Assembly: GCA_035301485.1 (NCBI GenBank) | Contig: DATGUF010000038.1 | Coordinates: 26,271-90,270 of the forward strand | Direction: 5' to 3' | DNA from: Alcanivoracaceae bacterium | Lineage (GTDB): Bacteria; Pseudomonadota; Gammaproteobacteria; Pseudomonadales; Alcanivoracaceae | Length of the DNA: 64,000 nucleotides | Notes under the pieces: generated by a model | The model's database searches: none | What the model was told of the DNA's origin: nothing | Seen by the model: only the letters and a program-made list of their open reading frames with translations | Position numbers and translations under genes: made by a program | Part shown: one piece after another, positions 1-10,105 of the stretch | Numbering within the stretch: the first letter of the stretch is position 1 | Layout: each line of letters opens with the position of its first letter

Positions 1-691
1 CTTCTTCCAATACCTGCAGCAAAGCTTCACCTTCATACCAAGGCATGTTGTCACTGCGTTGAACGACGTTATCACCCTGTAAAGCAGACACTGGAACGTA
101 ATACACACTATCCACACCAAGCTGCTGCGCCAGCTGTTGGTACTCGTGCTTGATACGCTCGAAGACCTCCGCCGAGTAATGTACTAAATCCATTTTATTC
201 ACCGCCACCACAATGTGACGAATCCCTAATAGATGGCAAATAAAACTATGGCGGCGTGTTTGTGCTAACACGCCTTTTCGTGCATCCACCATCACAATGG
301 CAAGGTTAGCCGTGGAAGCGCCTGTGGCCATATTGCGGGTGTATTGTTCATGCCCTGGTGTGTCAGCAATAATGAACTTTCGTTTGTCCGTGGTGAAAAA
401 ACGATAAGCCACATCAATGGTAATTCCTTGCTCTCGTTCTGACGCAAGGCCGTCTACTAACAAGGCAAGGTCTAACTCTGTGCCTGCATTACCTATTCTG
501 TCGCTGTCTGCTTGCAAGGCGCTTAAGTGGTCTTCAAACACGGTTTTTGAATCGTATAACAACCGTCCTATCAACGTGGATTTACCGTCATCCACACTGC
601 CACAGGTAAGTAGACGCAGCAGGTCTTTATTTTCATGTTGGTGCAAATAAGCCAAAATATCATCATTAAGCAACGTGGATACGTGCGACAT
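1..691 (-). CDS. cysN: Sulfate adenylyltransferase subunit 1 (CysN), N-terminal ~230 aa; 3' end lies beyond the left window edge
   Basis: Absent from the ORF track because no stop lies inside the window. My minus-strand translation from ATG 691-689 reads [49 protein letters not shown]...[14 protein letters not shown]...AVNKMD. These are the GTPase G1/G3/G4 motifs of CysN. It starts 9 nt after the cysD stop. Confidence 0.9.
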   Translation of the reverse strand, partial: MSHVSTLLNDDILAYLHQHENKDLLRLLTCGSVDDGKSTLIGRLLYDSKTVFEDHLSALQADSDRIGNAGTELDLALLVDGLASEREQGITIDVAYRFFTTDKRKFIIADTPGHEQYTRNMATGASTANLAIVMVDARKGVLAQTRRHSFICHLLGIRHIVVAVNKMDLVHYSAEVFERIKHEYQQLAQQLGVDSVYYVPVSALQGDNVVQRSDNMPWYEGEALLQVLEE

Positions 692-699
692 ACTGCCTC

Positions 700-1614
700 C
701 TAAAAATAGCCTTCTCTTTTTTTCTGTTCCATCGACGCCGACGCATCATGATCGATCACTCTTCCTTGGCGTTCAGAAGTGCGAGCCAATAACATTTCTT
801 GAATAATCTCTGGCAGTGTCACCGCTGTGGACGCCACCGCACCTGTTAACGGATAGCACCCTAGTGTGCGAAAGCGCACTTGCTTCATTTGCGGCACTTC
901 ACCTGGCAATAAAGGCAGGCGTTCATCATCCACCATAATGAGGGCGCCATCGCGCTCCACCACAGGCCTGTTGGCAGCAAAATACAGTGGCACGATATCT
1001 AGCTGCTCAAGGTAGATGTACTGCCAAATATCGAGCTCGGTCCAGTTAGAGAGAGGAAATACGCGAATGCTTTCGCCCTTATCCACCTTACTGTTAAACA
1101 CTTGCCATAATTCAGGCCGTTGGTTCCTTGGATCCCAACGGTGAAAGCGATCACGGAAGGAATAAATGCGCTCTTTAGCACGCGATTTCTCTTCATCGCG
1201 GCGCGCACCACCAAAGGCAGCATCGAAACCATATTTATTCAATGCTTGCTTCAGGGCTTCTGTTTTCATCACGTCTGTATGCTTAGCACTGCCATGGCTA
1301 AAAGGCCCAATATTGTGTTCAATACCTACTGGGTTGGTGTGCACCAACAGCTTCAGCCCTAAACGTTGCACAGTGCGATCGCGAAACTCGATCATCTGCT
1401 TAAACTTCCAGTTTGTATCCACGTGCAACAAAGGGAATGGCAAGTTTCCTGGCGCAAACGCTTTTCTGGCTAAATGCAGCATCACCGTGGAATCTTTGCC
1501 TATGGAATACAGCATCACGGGGTTTTCAAACTCCGCTGCCACTTCACGAATGATGTAAATGGCCTCTTCTTCAAGCTGCTGCAAATGCGTCTTTTTAGGT
1601 GCTAGTAATGTCAT
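700..1614 (-). CDS. cysD: Sulfate adenylyltransferase subunit 2 (CysD)
   Basis: ORF 700..1626 is colinear by eye with E. coli CysD ([29 protein letters not shown]-terminal KKREGYF). The track start at 1626 is TTG. The first ATG (1614) gives ~304 aa, the family length. Confidence 0.93.
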   Translation of the reverse strand: MTLLAPKKTHLQQLEEEAIYIIREVAAEFENPVMLYSIGKDSTVMLHLARKAFAPGNLPFPLLHVDTNWKFKQMIEFRDRTVQRLGLKLLVHTNPVGIEHNIGPFSHGSAKHTDVMKTEALKQALNKYGFDAAFGGARRDEEKSRAKERIYSFRDRFHRWDPRNQRPELWQVFNSKVDKGESIRVFPLSNWTELDIWQYIYLEQLDIVPLYFAANRPVVERDGALIMVDDERLPLLPGEVPQMKQVRFRTLGCYPLTGAVASTAVTLPEIIQEMLLARTSERQGRVIDHDASASMEQKKREGYF

Positions 1615-1635
1615 GTTAAGGTCCAAATAAAATCA

Positions 1636-2364
1636 TTAGTTTTTATTCCTGCTATCCTCTGTGATGTCATGTAAACCACACTCGCGTAGCAAACCAAAAA
1701 AACGTGCCTCTTCTTCATTGTCGATATCTTTTAAAGCTCGTGTGGTGTGCCAATCCCCAATGCTGATATACCCCTCTTCGTAGAGGGGGTGATAAGGCAG
1801 CTGATGTTGCGTCAAATAGCGGTACACTTGTTGATCTGTCCAATCCACCACGGGATGCACTTTGAAACGCCCCCATTGGCTAGCCACGACGCCTAAATGT
1901 GCGCGGCTAGCAGCTTGGCTTCTGCGTACTCCGGAATACCAAGTACCCACCTTTAATTCTTCTAGCGCTTGCTGCATGGGTGCCACTTTGTTTTCTTCGT
2001 TATACGCTTCAATGGCTTCGCGCCCTTGCTCCCAACGCTTGCCATAGCGCGCCTCTTGCCAAGCGGCAGAGAGGGCCGATCGATATACATTTAAGCGCAG
2101 CGCTAATCGCTCTGTTAAAGCATCCACAAAGGCGTAGGTTTCAGGAAAGTGATACCCCGTGTCGATAAATATCACGGGGATGCCTGGGGCCACTTCGTTC
2201 ATCAAATGCAGCATCAACGCGGACTGCACACCAAAACTTGAAGCGAGCACTTGCTGCTGTGGCAGGTGTTCCAATGCCCAAGCAATGCGGCCATGTGCAT
2301 CTAGCTGAGCGAGTTGGTGGTTAATATCCATCAACAGCGCACGCTCTTGCGTCTCTAGTATCAT
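1636..2364 (-). CDS. cysH: Phosphoadenosine-phosphosulfate (PAPS) reductase
   Basis: 242 aa, colinear with E. coli CysH ([32 protein letters not shown]-terminal RECGLH). The only Cys is in ECGLH. There is no CC...CxxC Fe-S motif, so this is the PAPS type rather than the APS type. Its ATG overlaps the cysI stop (ATGA). Confidence 0.9.
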   Translation of the reverse strand: MILETQERALLMDINHQLAQLDAHGRIAWALEHLPQQQVLASSFGVQSALMLHLMNEVAPGIPVIFIDTGYHFPETYAFVDALTERLALRLNVYRSALSAAWQEARYGKRWEQGREAIEAYNEENKVAPMQQALEELKVGTWYSGVRRSQAASRAHLGVVASQWGRFKVHPVVDWTDQQVYRYLTQHQLPYHPLYEEGYISIGDWHTTRALKDIDNEEEARFFGLLRECGLHDITEDSRNKN

Positions 2365-4046
2365 TTTGCAGACTCCACGTGCACTTCGCTGCCATGCTCA
2401 ATGGTCTCCACTAGGCCTGCTCGAATGAGGTAGTCGCCGAACGCCTCTTGATCGTGGCGCCCTGCCGCATAATGAGCGAACAATTCATCTACCGCGGCAA
2501 GAATGCTCGCTTCATCCGCGTTGTCGAGATAAACACGGCTTAAACGTGAACCGTCAAACGCTGCCCCCACATACATGTTGTAGCGGCCTGGGGCGCGCCC
2601 AACAAAAGCCAACTCTGCCAAATAGGGGCGTGAGCAACCATTGGGGCACCCAGACATACGCACAGTGATGGGTTGATCCGCCACGCCATGGCGCGCCGCT
2701 AACTCTTCGATGCGCGTGAGCAAACTAGGCAGGTAACGCTCAGCCTCCGCCATGGCCAAACCACAGGTCGGAAACGCCACACAGGCCATGGAATGCAAAC
2801 GAATAGCCGACACGTTCTCGCTGCCCAAGCCACTGCTTTGAATAATGGCATCCACTTTTTCACGGTCTGAGGCCGCCACCCCTGCTACGATTAAATTTTG
2901 GTTGGTGGTTAAGCGAATATCGCCGGATAGTTGTGCATCGACGATGTTGTTAATGCCCGCTCTGTGCTGAGGCAATAAGCGGCCATTTTCAACAAAAACT
3001 GTTAATTGCCAGCGCCCATCGAGCTGTTCAATCCAACCATAACGATCACCATTTTGAGTAAAGTGATAGGGTTTAGCCTCAGCAAAAAGCACTCCACTAC
3101 GGCGCTCAACCTCCTCTTTGATCCATTCCAGGCCTTTCGTTTCTACGGTGTATTTAAAACGAGCTTGGCTGCGCTCTTTTCGATTGCCGTAATCTCTTTG
3201 CACTCCTAAAACGGCTTCGGCGGTGCTTAATACATTATCTGGGGTAACAAACCCAAGCACATTACCTAAGCGCGGAAATGTTTTGGGGTCGCCATGGGCG
3301 CACCCCATGCCGCCTCCCACCACCACGTTAAAGCCCAACAACTTATCGCCTTCTGTAATGGCGATAAAACCAAGGTCTTGGCTGTACACATCAATATCGT
3401 TAACCGGCGGCAAGGCAATGCCAATTTTAAATTTGCGTGGCAGATACACGTCACCATAAAAAGGCTCTTCTTCTACTGCGTCCTCATCAGCTAACTTTTC
3501 GCCATTAATCCAAATTTCGCGCCAGGCGCCACTTTGCGGTAAGAAATGCTCGCTCAATTGGCGCGCCCAATGGAGCGTTTCACCATGCACGGGGCTAGCA
3601 TCTGGTTGTACATGACACACCACATTACGGTTCACATCTCCGCACGCCGCTCTAGAATCTAATTCCACCGCATCGAGTTGCTGTACCAAGGTGCGCAAGT
3701 CTTCTTTATAAACGCCGTGATATTGAATAGTTTGCCGTGTGGTAATCCGCAACGTGCCGTTGGCCACTGTTTCTGCGATATGATCAATAGCTTTCCATTG
3801 TTCATTAGTCGCTACCCCGCCAGGCAAACGGATTCGAATCATAAAAGAGTACAAAGGCTCTAACTTTGCATCCCGACGTTCAGCGCGTACATCACGGTCA
3901 TCCTGCTGATACATGCCATGAAATTTCAGCAACTTAGTATCATCATCGGCGATGGCGCCTGTGGTGGTATCTTCTAATCCCTCGGCAATACCGCCGCGCA
4001 AGTGCCTACTTGCTCGCTTAATTACTTCTAATTCTGAATCAGCCAT
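2361..4046 (-). CDS. cysI: Sulfite reductase (NADPH) hemoprotein beta subunit
   Basis: 561 aa with the siroheme/4Fe-4S cysteine clusters CVAFPTC and CPNGC near the C-terminus. Its ATG overlaps the cysJ stop (TAATG). Confidence 0.93.
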   Translation of the reverse strand: MADSELEVIKRASRHLRGGIAEGLEDTTTGAIADDDTKLLKFHGMYQQDDRDVRAERRDAKLEPLYSFMIRIRLPGGVATNEQWKAIDHIAETVANGTLRITTRQTIQYHGVYKEDLRTLVQQLDAVELDSRAACGDVNRNVVCHVQPDASPVHGETLHWARQLSEHFLPQSGAWREIWINGEKLADEDAVEEEPFYGDVYLPRKFKIGIALPPVNDIDVYSQDLGFIAITEGDKLLGFNVVVGGGMGCAHGDPKTFPRLGNVLGFVTPDNVLSTAEAVLGVQRDYGNRKERSQARFKYTVETKGLEWIKEEVERRSGVLFAEAKPYHFTQNGDRYGWIEQLDGRWQLTVFVENGRLLPQHRAGINNIVDAQLSGDIRLTTNQNLIVAGVAASDREKVDAIIQSSGLGSENVSAIRLHSMACVAFPTCGLAMAEAERYLPSLLTRIEELAARHGVADQPITVRMSGCPNGCSRPYLAELAFVGRAPGRYNMYVGAAFDGSRLSRVYLDNADEASILAAVDELFAHYAAGRHDQEAFGDYLIRAGLVETIEHGSEVHVESAK

Positions 4047-5815
4047 TAATACACATCCTTTTGGTAACGACGCTGCTGTCGCAACGCTTCTAAATAATCT
4101 GCCGCGGCCTCAGCCTGTAGCCCACCGTGCTGCGTTAATATGTCGATCAATGCTTGATGAACATCATTGGCCATGCTTTGGCCATCGCCACATACATAAA
4201 TAAAGGCGCCATCCTCGAGCCATTGATACACCTGCGCGCCGTGCTCAAGAAGACGATGCTGTACATATATTTTTTCTTCTTGGTCGCGTGAAAAGGCCAC
4301 CGTGAGTTTGTCTAGCACCCCATCGCGTAAATAGCGCTGCCATTCAATTTGATAAAGAAAATCTGTGCGACGGTGTTGCTCACCAAAGAACAACCAGTTT
4401 TTGCCTGTATGCCCTAATTCACTGCGTTGCTGCAAAAAGCCGCGAAAAGGAGCCACTCCCGTGCCTGGTCCAATCATAAGAATGGGTGCCTCTGGGTTTT
4501 CCGGTAAGCGGAAGCGTTCGTTAGGCTCAACGTACACAGGCAGGGTGTCACCCACTGCCACATTGTTGAGTAACTGCCAAGTGGCACATCCCGCCCGTAG
4601 CAAGCCGCCTTCTTCACCTCCCTCTAACCTCACGGTTAGATGTACTTCATCTTCAGCTACTAAGGCACTGGACGCGATGGAGTACAAACGAGGAGCGATA
4701 CGACGTAATGAGTGCACGAGCTGATCTGCAGTGACGGTGGCAGGGTACTCTTTAATCACATCAGCCACCTGACGGGTTAACACCCATTGCTGCAACGCTT
4801 CTCGGTCTTCGATTAAAGCTGCCAGAGATTCAGCACCAGCTAGTTCTGCCCACGCCACCAGAAAGGGGCGCACCACTTGCGTCAGCTCTAACTCTTCTTG
4901 CAACCAGGTATTTAGGGGTTTTTCTTCGTTGTCGCGCAGCACTAGCGTATTAGGGTCTAGTGCTAGCTCTGTAACAATTTCATCCACAACACGCTGATCA
5001 TTTTTCACCCAAACACCCAATGAATCACCGGGTTCGTAGGACAAACCACTGCCTTCTAACAGCAATTCGAGGTGTGCAACTTGTTTATTCGAAGGGCTCA
5101 CCGTCAATAAAGAGCGCTCCAACACTTCTGCATGAAAAGGTTTTTTGCGGTTATATTGAGACACCGTGGTGGCAGGCACTAATTGCAAATGACTGGCCGT
5201 TCCTTGCGTCATCAACGGCGCTACGATTGCTAACGCTTCTTCGCGCCACTGTTCTTCTTGCCTTTCAAAATCCACATCACAGTCTACGCGTGCCAACAAA
5301 CGCTGCCCGCCTAAAGCGGCAAAACGTTCATCGAGCTCTTGGCTAGTTTGGCAAAAATCTGGGTAAGAGGAATCGCCTAAACCAAACACCGCATACTCAA
5401 GGTCGTTCAGCGCGGGAGCACGATCAGACATAATGAAACGGTAGAAGGCCTCGCTATCCTCTGGTGGTTCACCTTCGCCATGAGTGGCGATCACCACGAA
5501 AAGCAATTCCACTTTGCTTACGCTGCGTGGCTTCACTTCATCTAAGCGTGATAACTCCACCGCGTAACCATTGGCACGGGCAGTATCCGCAAGCCGCGTG
5601 GCAATATTGCGGGCATTACCAGTATCGGTGCCGTACCAAATAGTGAGTATCTTACCGGTGGTGGTGTTGGGAGACGGCGCAATAGCAGTATTGCCCCCTG
5701 CCGCGAGCCCAGCCATATAACCAGACGCCCAGATAAGTTCGTTCGTTGCGAGTTGCTGTCGCACCTCTTCAAGATGAGTTTGGATTTCTTGTTGTCTTGC
5801 TGCTGTAAGCGTCAT
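4046..5815 (-). CDS. cysJ: Sulfite reductase (NADPH) flavoprotein alpha subunit
   Basis: 589 aa with an N-terminal flavodoxin-like domain (ILTIWYGTDTGNA). FAD/NADPH reductase motifs are present (RLYSIASS, GPGTGVAPFRGF, C-terminal YQKDVY). Confidence 0.93.
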   Translation of the reverse strand: MTLTAARQQEIQTHLEEVRQQLATNELIWASGYMAGLAAGGNTAIAPSPNTTTGKILTIWYGTDTGNARNIATRLADTARANGYAVELSRLDEVKPRSVSKVELLFVVIATHGEGEPPEDSEAFYRFIMSDRAPALNDLEYAVFGLGDSSYPDFCQTSQELDERFAALGGQRLLARVDCDVDFERQEEQWREEALAIVAPLMTQGTASHLQLVPATTVSQYNRKKPFHAEVLERSLLTVSPSNKQVAHLELLLEGSGLSYEPGDSLGVWVKNDQRVVDEIVTELALDPNTLVLRDNEEKPLNTWLQEELELTQVVRPFLVAWAELAGAESLAALIEDREALQQWVLTRQVADVIKEYPATVTADQLVHSLRRIAPRLYSIASSALVAEDEVHLTVRLEGGEEGGLLRAGCATWQLLNNVAVGDTLPVYVEPNERFRLPENPEAPILMIGPGTGVAPFRGFLQQRSELGHTGKNWLFFGEQHRRTDFLYQIEWQRYLRDGVLDKLTVAFSRDQEEKIYVQHRLLEHGAQVYQWLEDGAFIYVCGDGQSMANDVHQALIDILTQHGGLQAEAAADYLEALRQQRRYQKDVY

Positions 5816-5921
5816 GTATTCACATCCTTTGACTAATCAATGACGCACAGCTTAGGGCCTTCTATTGTTAACCGGAAAGATTAAAAAATCATACCTTTAT
5901 GCCAGATATACTAATAACTAT

Positions 5922-5937
5922 TTGTTATCTATAACAA
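5922..5937. promoter_or_regulatory. Perfect palindrome TTGTTAT-CT-ATAACAA in the AT-rich cysJ/cysG divergent promoter region; candidate operator
   Basis: Read directly from the sequence: 7-bp arms with a 2-nt spacer, inside the 210-bp intergenic region 5816-6025. The binding factor (CysB or another) is unknown. Confidence 0.25.
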
Positions 5938-6025
5938 AAAAGAATATCTGAACAACTACTAATTATTATCCTACTGCCACTAGCTTCGTTAGGCTTACCA
6001 CTATTAACGAACAAGGATAGGTAAA

Positions 6026-7477
6026 ATGACCAACGTACAAACGAACTTACCCCACAGTGCTTGGTTCCCACTGTTTGCCGATTTACACGGCCGTAATGTA
6101 TTAGTTATTGGTGGCGATGAAGTGGCCGCGCGTAAAACAGAACGCCTTATTAGTGCCGGCGCCAGCGTCAATATCATCGCTGCATCTCTACACCCCCGTT
6201 TGCAGCAATGGCAGCAAGAAGGCGTATTAAACTGGTTAAGCAAAACACTCACGGAAAAACATTTATCTGGGCATGTACTTATTGTGGTGGCTGTTGCAGA
6301 GGAGCACTTGCGTGATACCGCCTGCAGCTGGGCAACACAAAACAATGTTCTGATTAACGTGGTGGATCAACAGCACGCTTCATCGGTAATCGTGCCTGCT
6401 GTAGTGGATAGAAGCCCACTAATGGTAGCTATTAGTTCTGGCGGCAATGCGCCTGAGCTTGCCCGCCTTTTACGCAGCCGCATTGAGCGTTCTTTACCCG
6501 CTCATTTAGGCCCGCTAGCTGAACTCGCTGGTTCGCTAAAAGCGCACATTCGTGAGCGTTTCCCTAGCTTTCCGCAGCGCCGTAAATTTTTAAACTGGGT
6601 CTTCACGGACAGCCCTGCACGAACAGTCCAAACTGGCCGCTTAGATGATGCTAAACAACTTATTCTTGATGCTCTGAAGAAAAAACAGCCCGCCACTGGG
6701 CATGTAAGTTTGGTGGGTGCTGGGCCTGGTGAGCCTGAATTACTTACCCTGTTAGCGTTACGCAAAATAGAAAATGCTGACTCTATTGTGTACGACGGGT
6801 TAGTGGATGAGCGTATTTTAGAATTTGCGCGCCGCGATGTGCACTTGATCGATGTATCGAAACGCCCAGGCCAAGAGCGCGTTAGCCAAGAAGAAATCCA
6901 TACTATTTTATCGCAACGCGCTGCGTTAGGTGAGCGTGTAGTACGTTTAAAAGGTGGCGACCCAATGATATTTGGCCGCGGCGGTGAAGAGATAGCATGG
7001 TTACGCAGCCAAGGCATTCCTTATGATATTGTACCTGGCATCACCGCTGCTTCTGCGTGCGCCTCTTATGCGGGCTTTCCACTCACTCAGCGAGGATTTG
7101 CTCAGTCGGTGCGGCTTATTACCGCTCATTGTGAACGCTCTATAGATCGCTTAGATTGGCGCGCACTCGCGCAAGAAAAGCAAACCTTAGCGTTTTACAT
7201 GTCCGTGGGCCAACTAGCTCGCATTGAGGAGCGTTTGCTGCACTTTGGTCGCCCTGCCGACACTGCTATTGCTTTAGTGGAAAATGGCAGCCGCCCCCAG
7301 CAGCGCGTGATAACCGGCACATTAGGCCAGTTGCAGGCTGTTGCTACGCAGCATGCAGTGCAAGCACCCGCCATCTTATACGTGGGGGAAGTGGCCGCAT
7401 TAGCCAAACAGGGAAGTTGGTTTGGCAATGAAGCATTAACGTTTCATGAACCAAAGGAAACGCGGGCCATCGCCTAA
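6026..7477 (+). CDS. cysG: Siroheme synthase (uroporphyrinogen-III methyltransferase / precorrin-2 dehydrogenase / sirohydrochlorin ferrochelatase)
   Basis: 483 aa with an N-terminal NAD-binding module (VLVIGGDEVAARK). The C-terminal SUMT module has VSLVGAGPGEPELLTL and GGDPMIFGRGGEE. A Shine-Dalgarno-like AAGGATAGG lies upstream of the ATG. Confidence 0.92.
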   Translation: MTNVQTNLPHSAWFPLFADLHGRNVLVIGGDEVAARKTERLISAGASVNIIAASLHPRLQQWQQEGVLNWLSKTLTEKHLSGHVLIVVAVAEEHLRDTACSWATQNNVLINVVDQQHASSVIVPAVVDRSPLMVAISSGGNAPELARLLRSRIERSLPAHLGPLAELAGSLKAHIRERFPSFPQRRKFLNWVFTDSPARTVQTGRLDDAKQLILDALKKKQPATGHVSLVGAGPGEPELLTLLALRKIENADSIVYDGLVDERILEFARRDVHLIDVSKRPGQERVSQEEIHTILSQRAALGERVVRLKGGDPMIFGRGGEEIAWLRSQGIPYDIVPGITAASACASYAGFPLTQRGFAQSVRLITAHCERSIDRLDWRALAQEKQTLAFYMSVGQLARIEERLLHFGRPADTAIALVENGSRPQQRVITGTLGQLQAVATQHAVQAPAILYVGEVAALAKQGSWFGNEALTFHEPKETRAIA

Positions 7478-7480
7478 CAA

Positions 7481-7514
7481 AAACGCCAGCTTATATTTCT
7501 ATAGGCTGGCGTTT
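7481..7514. terminator. Bidirectional intrinsic terminator between convergent cysG and the AstE-like gene
   Basis: AAACGCCAGC (7481-7490) pairs with GCTGGCGTTT (7505-7514). An A-tract lies on the left and a T-tract on the right, so a U-run follows the stem on either strand. Confidence 0.6.
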
Positions 7515-7531
7515 ACGTAGCTCCATCAGCA

Positions 7532-8596
7532 CTAATATTCTGACGGTGCAATCGGTGCTTCAATATGCTCTCTTGGCTCATGGATTTCTGTTGACCAGGA
7601 CTCCACTTGTTCCGCCACATCGTCTACTTCATCGAAACGGGCAATGTGAAACAGCGCCTCGCCTTCATTTACTAAGGGTAAATTCTCACGCCCCACTAGA
7701 ATGCCTGCAAAAGGCGATTTAATTTCTGTAGCTTCCATGGTGAAGGGGCTATTGATAACGCCTAGCACATCACCTCGGCGGATATAGGCGCCAAGGGCCA
7801 CAATAGGCCTAAACACCCCGTCGGTATTCGCTCTCACCCAAGAAGAGTTAAGTGCAATATGTGGCTCTGGGACAGGGTATTTGCCGCGCCCAGGGGGCAG
7901 CATTTTTAAATGCCTCATAACGTTGCGCACACCTCTTAAACCCGCACGAATACAGGCTTCGTCGAAGCGCAATGCTTCTCCCGCTTCATAGGTAATCATC
8001 GGGATGCCTTGGCTTTCTGCTGTGTCACGCAAAGTGCCAGAGCTCAAAACGGAATTAATGACCACCGGCACACCAAACGCTTCAGCGAGGGCCTTGGAGT
8101 TTTCGTTAGCAATGTTCACCCGTACCTGGGGCAGGTTTGAACGATGAATAGCGCCCGTATGTAAATCAATGGCGTAATCCACTTTATCTAACACCTCAGT
8201 ACGAATAAGGTGCGCCATACGCGAACCTAAACTGCCTTGCTCAGAGCCTGGAAAACAGCGGTTTAAATCACGCCTATCCGGCAAATAGCGCGATTTATAA
8301 ATAAACCCGAATACATTTACCACCGGCACGGCTACCACCGTGCCGCGCAGTTGCTTTAAAAAAGGAGCCCCTAACAAGCGGCGTACAACATCTATACCGT
8401 TCAGCTCATCGCCATGAATAGCGGCTGTTACTAGCAGCACAGGGCCGGGGCGCCGTCCATTTACAATATGCACCGGAATATTTAACGGCGTTTGTGTATA
8501 CAACTGAGCGGCGGGCAACTCCACTACAGCGCGCGTGCCGAGCGCCACGGTGACGCCCCCTAAAGTAAATGAAGCCATCGATGTTCTCTTACTCAC
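7532..8596 (-). CDS. Succinylglutamate desuccinylase/aspartoacylase (AstE/AspA) family zinc hydrolase, rimK-linked
   Basis: 354 aa. Family zinc and catalytic motifs look intact: AAIHGDELNG (H-x-x-E), AIDLHTG (second His) and ITYEAGEA (Glu). The track start 8596 is GTG; an alternative ATG lies at 8578. It begins 30 nt downstream of rimK on the same strand. Confidence 0.8.
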   Translation of the reverse strand: MSKRTSMASFTLGGVTVALGTRAVVELPAAQLYTQTPLNIPVHIVNGRRPGPVLLVTAAIHGDELNGIDVVRRLLGAPFLKQLRGTVVAVPVVNVFGFIYKSRYLPDRRDLNRCFPGSEQGSLGSRMAHLIRTEVLDKVDYAIDLHTGAIHRSNLPQVRVNIANENSKALAEAFGVPVVINSVLSSGTLRDTAESQGIPMITYEAGEALRFDEACIRAGLRGVRNVMRHLKMLPPGRGKYPVPEPHIALNSSWVRANTDGVFRPIVALGAYIRRGDVLGVINSPFTMEATEIKSPFAGILVGRENLPLVNEGEALFHIARFDEVDDVAEQVESWSTEIHEPREHIEAPIAPSEY

Positions 8597-8626
8597 CCAT
8601 AGCCACTGCTATGGCGTTTGTTAGTC

Positions 8627-9535
8627 TTATCCTCTCGCCCCCTTGGTGGCAGTACGATGTGGACGCGCTTGTTTTTCAATAAAACGAATGATCATGCCAG
8701 CTACATCTTTACCTGTAGCTTCTTCAATACCCTGCAAACCCGGCGATGAGTTTACTTCCATTACTAGCGGGCCACGTTTAGAACGAAGTAAATCTACACC
8801 CGCCACATTTAGCCCCATCACTTTAGCGGCTTTAATGGCAGTAATTCTTTCTTCTTTGGTAATACGCACTAAATGTGCAGAACCACCACGGTGCAAATTA
8901 GAACGAAACTCGCCATCGGCACCTTGGCGTTTCATGGCTGCCACTACTTTACCACCCACCACAAAACAGCGAATATCAGCACCGCCAGCTTCTTCGATAA
9001 ATTCTTGTACCATAATATCCGCAGACAAGCCCATAAAAGCTTCAATCACAGATTCAGCCGCTTTGCGCGTTTCCGCTAACACCACACCAATGCCCTGCGT
9101 CCCTTCAAGCAGCTTAATCACCAAAGGCGCACCTCCCACCATGCTGATGAGGTCTGGAATATCGTCTGGTGCGTTGGCAAAACCTGTTACCGGCAACCCC
9201 ACACCACGGCGCGATAGCAATTGCAAAGAACGCAACTTATCGCGTGAGCGTGTAATCGCCACGGATTCGTTAACAGGAAAAACACCCTGCATTTCAAACT
9301 GACGCAACACCGCTGTGCCGTAAAAGGTAATAGAGGCGCCAATTCTGGGAATCACCGCATCAAAACCTTGCAGCTGCTCACCCTTATAGTGAATCTGTGG
9401 CCCTTCGGTAGACATGCTCATATAACAACGCAAAGTGTCCACCACGTGCATTTCATGGCCTGCTGCTTCGCCCGCTTCCACAATGCGACGAGTAGAATAA
9501 AGCCGTGGCCCTCTGGATAAAATAGCTATTTTCAT
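8627..9535 (-). CDS. rimK: Ribosomal protein S6 L-glutamate ligase (ATP-grasp)
   Basis: 302 aa, colinear with RimK ([56 protein letters not shown]). Confidence 0.92.
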   Translation of the reverse strand: MKIAILSRGPRLYSTRRIVEAGEAAGHEMHVVDTLRCYMSMSTEGPQIHYKGEQLQGFDAVIPRIGASITFYGTAVLRQFEMQGVFPVNESVAITRSRDKLRSLQLLSRRGVGLPVTGFANAPDDIPDLISMVGGAPLVIKLLEGTQGIGVVLAETRKAAESVIEAFMGLSADIMVQEFIEEAGGADIRCFVVGGKVVAAMKRQGADGEFRSNLHRGGSAHLVRITKEERITAIKAAKVMGLNVAGVDLLRSKRGPLVMEVNSSPGLQGIEEATGKDVAGMIIRFIEKQARPHRTATKGARG

Positions 9536-9625
9536 GGCATTGCCGTTGTGAATAAATAAATGGACACAGCATTCTGCTGCACGTTGGGGTTTCTAGTGTT
9601 GGGAAACACCTGCCTCTTGGGCGTC

Positions 9626-10018
9626 TTAATCAACGCTCTTGGGCTCTAGTAATTCAATTTTGTAACCGTCTGGGTCTTCCACAAACGCTAACACGGTGGT
9701 GCTATGCTTCATTGGGCCCGGCTCGCGGGTGATGTTACCGCCGCGTGCACGTATTTTTTCACAAGCCGCATACACATCTTCTACCTCAACCGCGATGTGG
9801 CCATAACCGGTGCCTATATCATAGGAATCTGTATCCCAGTTGTGGGTTAATTCTAACGCGGCCCCTTCTGCCTCATCTTGATACCCCACAAAAGCGAGCG
9901 TAAAACGCCCCTCTGGATAATCTTTTTGGCGCAGCAAGCGCATACCCAATACCTCTGTGTAAAAAGCAATGGATTTCTCTAAATCACCCACTCTTAACAT
10001 GGTGTGCAAGATACGCAT
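9626..10018 (-). CDS. gloA: Lactoylglutathione lyase (glyoxalase I)
   Basis: 130 aa. [30 protein letters not shown] and LELTHNWD...GYGHIA are typical of GloA. Confidence 0.92.
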   Translation of the reverse strand: MRILHTMLRVGDLEKSIAFYTEVLGMRLLRQKDYPEGRFTLAFVGYQDEAEGAALELTHNWDTDSYDIGTGYGHIAVEVEDVYAACEKIRARGGNITREPGPMKHSTTVLAFVEDPDGYKIELLEPKSVD

Positions 10019-10054
10019 TTTACTCTCCTGTTATTAATCCTAAGGCCAGACAAC

Positions 10055-10086
10055 AACGCCCGAAACAGCGACGCTGCTCGGGCGTT
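10055..10086 (-). terminator. Hairpin downstream of argG (putative terminator or attenuator before gloA)
   Basis: AACGCCCGA (10055-10063) pairs with TCGGGCGTT (10078-10086). On the minus strand the stem is followed by a weak T-rich run, TTGTTGT. Confidence 0.45.
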
Positions 10087-10105
10087 GGTGGAACCGTTAT
10101 TCAGA

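Noticed and set aside
417-650. A 77-aa plus-strand ORF, the only track entry near the left edge.
   Set aside because: It is antisense to the clearly recognisable cysN reading frame. That frame is missing from the track only because it has no stop inside the window.
5816-6025. An AT-rich block that could mark a genomic-island boundary or integration site.
   Set aside because: It has no flanking direct repeats, tRNA or integrase. It lies exactly between the divergent cysJ and cysG starts, so an AT-rich shared promoter region is the simpler explanation.
7481-7514. Recurring AAACGCC...GGCGTTT hairpins (also at 10055-10086, 14076-14099 and 44111-44145) that might be a REP-like repeat family.
   Set aside because: Only the A-tract, a short GC-rich stem start and the T-tract are shared. 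Stem interiors and loops differ, and all sit at gene 3' ends. This is better explained as independent intrinsic terminators.
8643-9302. A 219-aa ORF on the plus strand, antisense to rimK. Similar long antisense ORFs occur at 6502-7017, 11675-12103, 12361-12798, 34876-35310, 38087-38512 and 59659-60105.
   Set aside because: Each lies entirely inside a well-supported conserved gene on the other strand. The translations are low-complexity (Ala/Ser/Pro/Arg-rich) with no recognisable motifs. They look like typical shadow ORFs of moderately GC-rich coding DNA.
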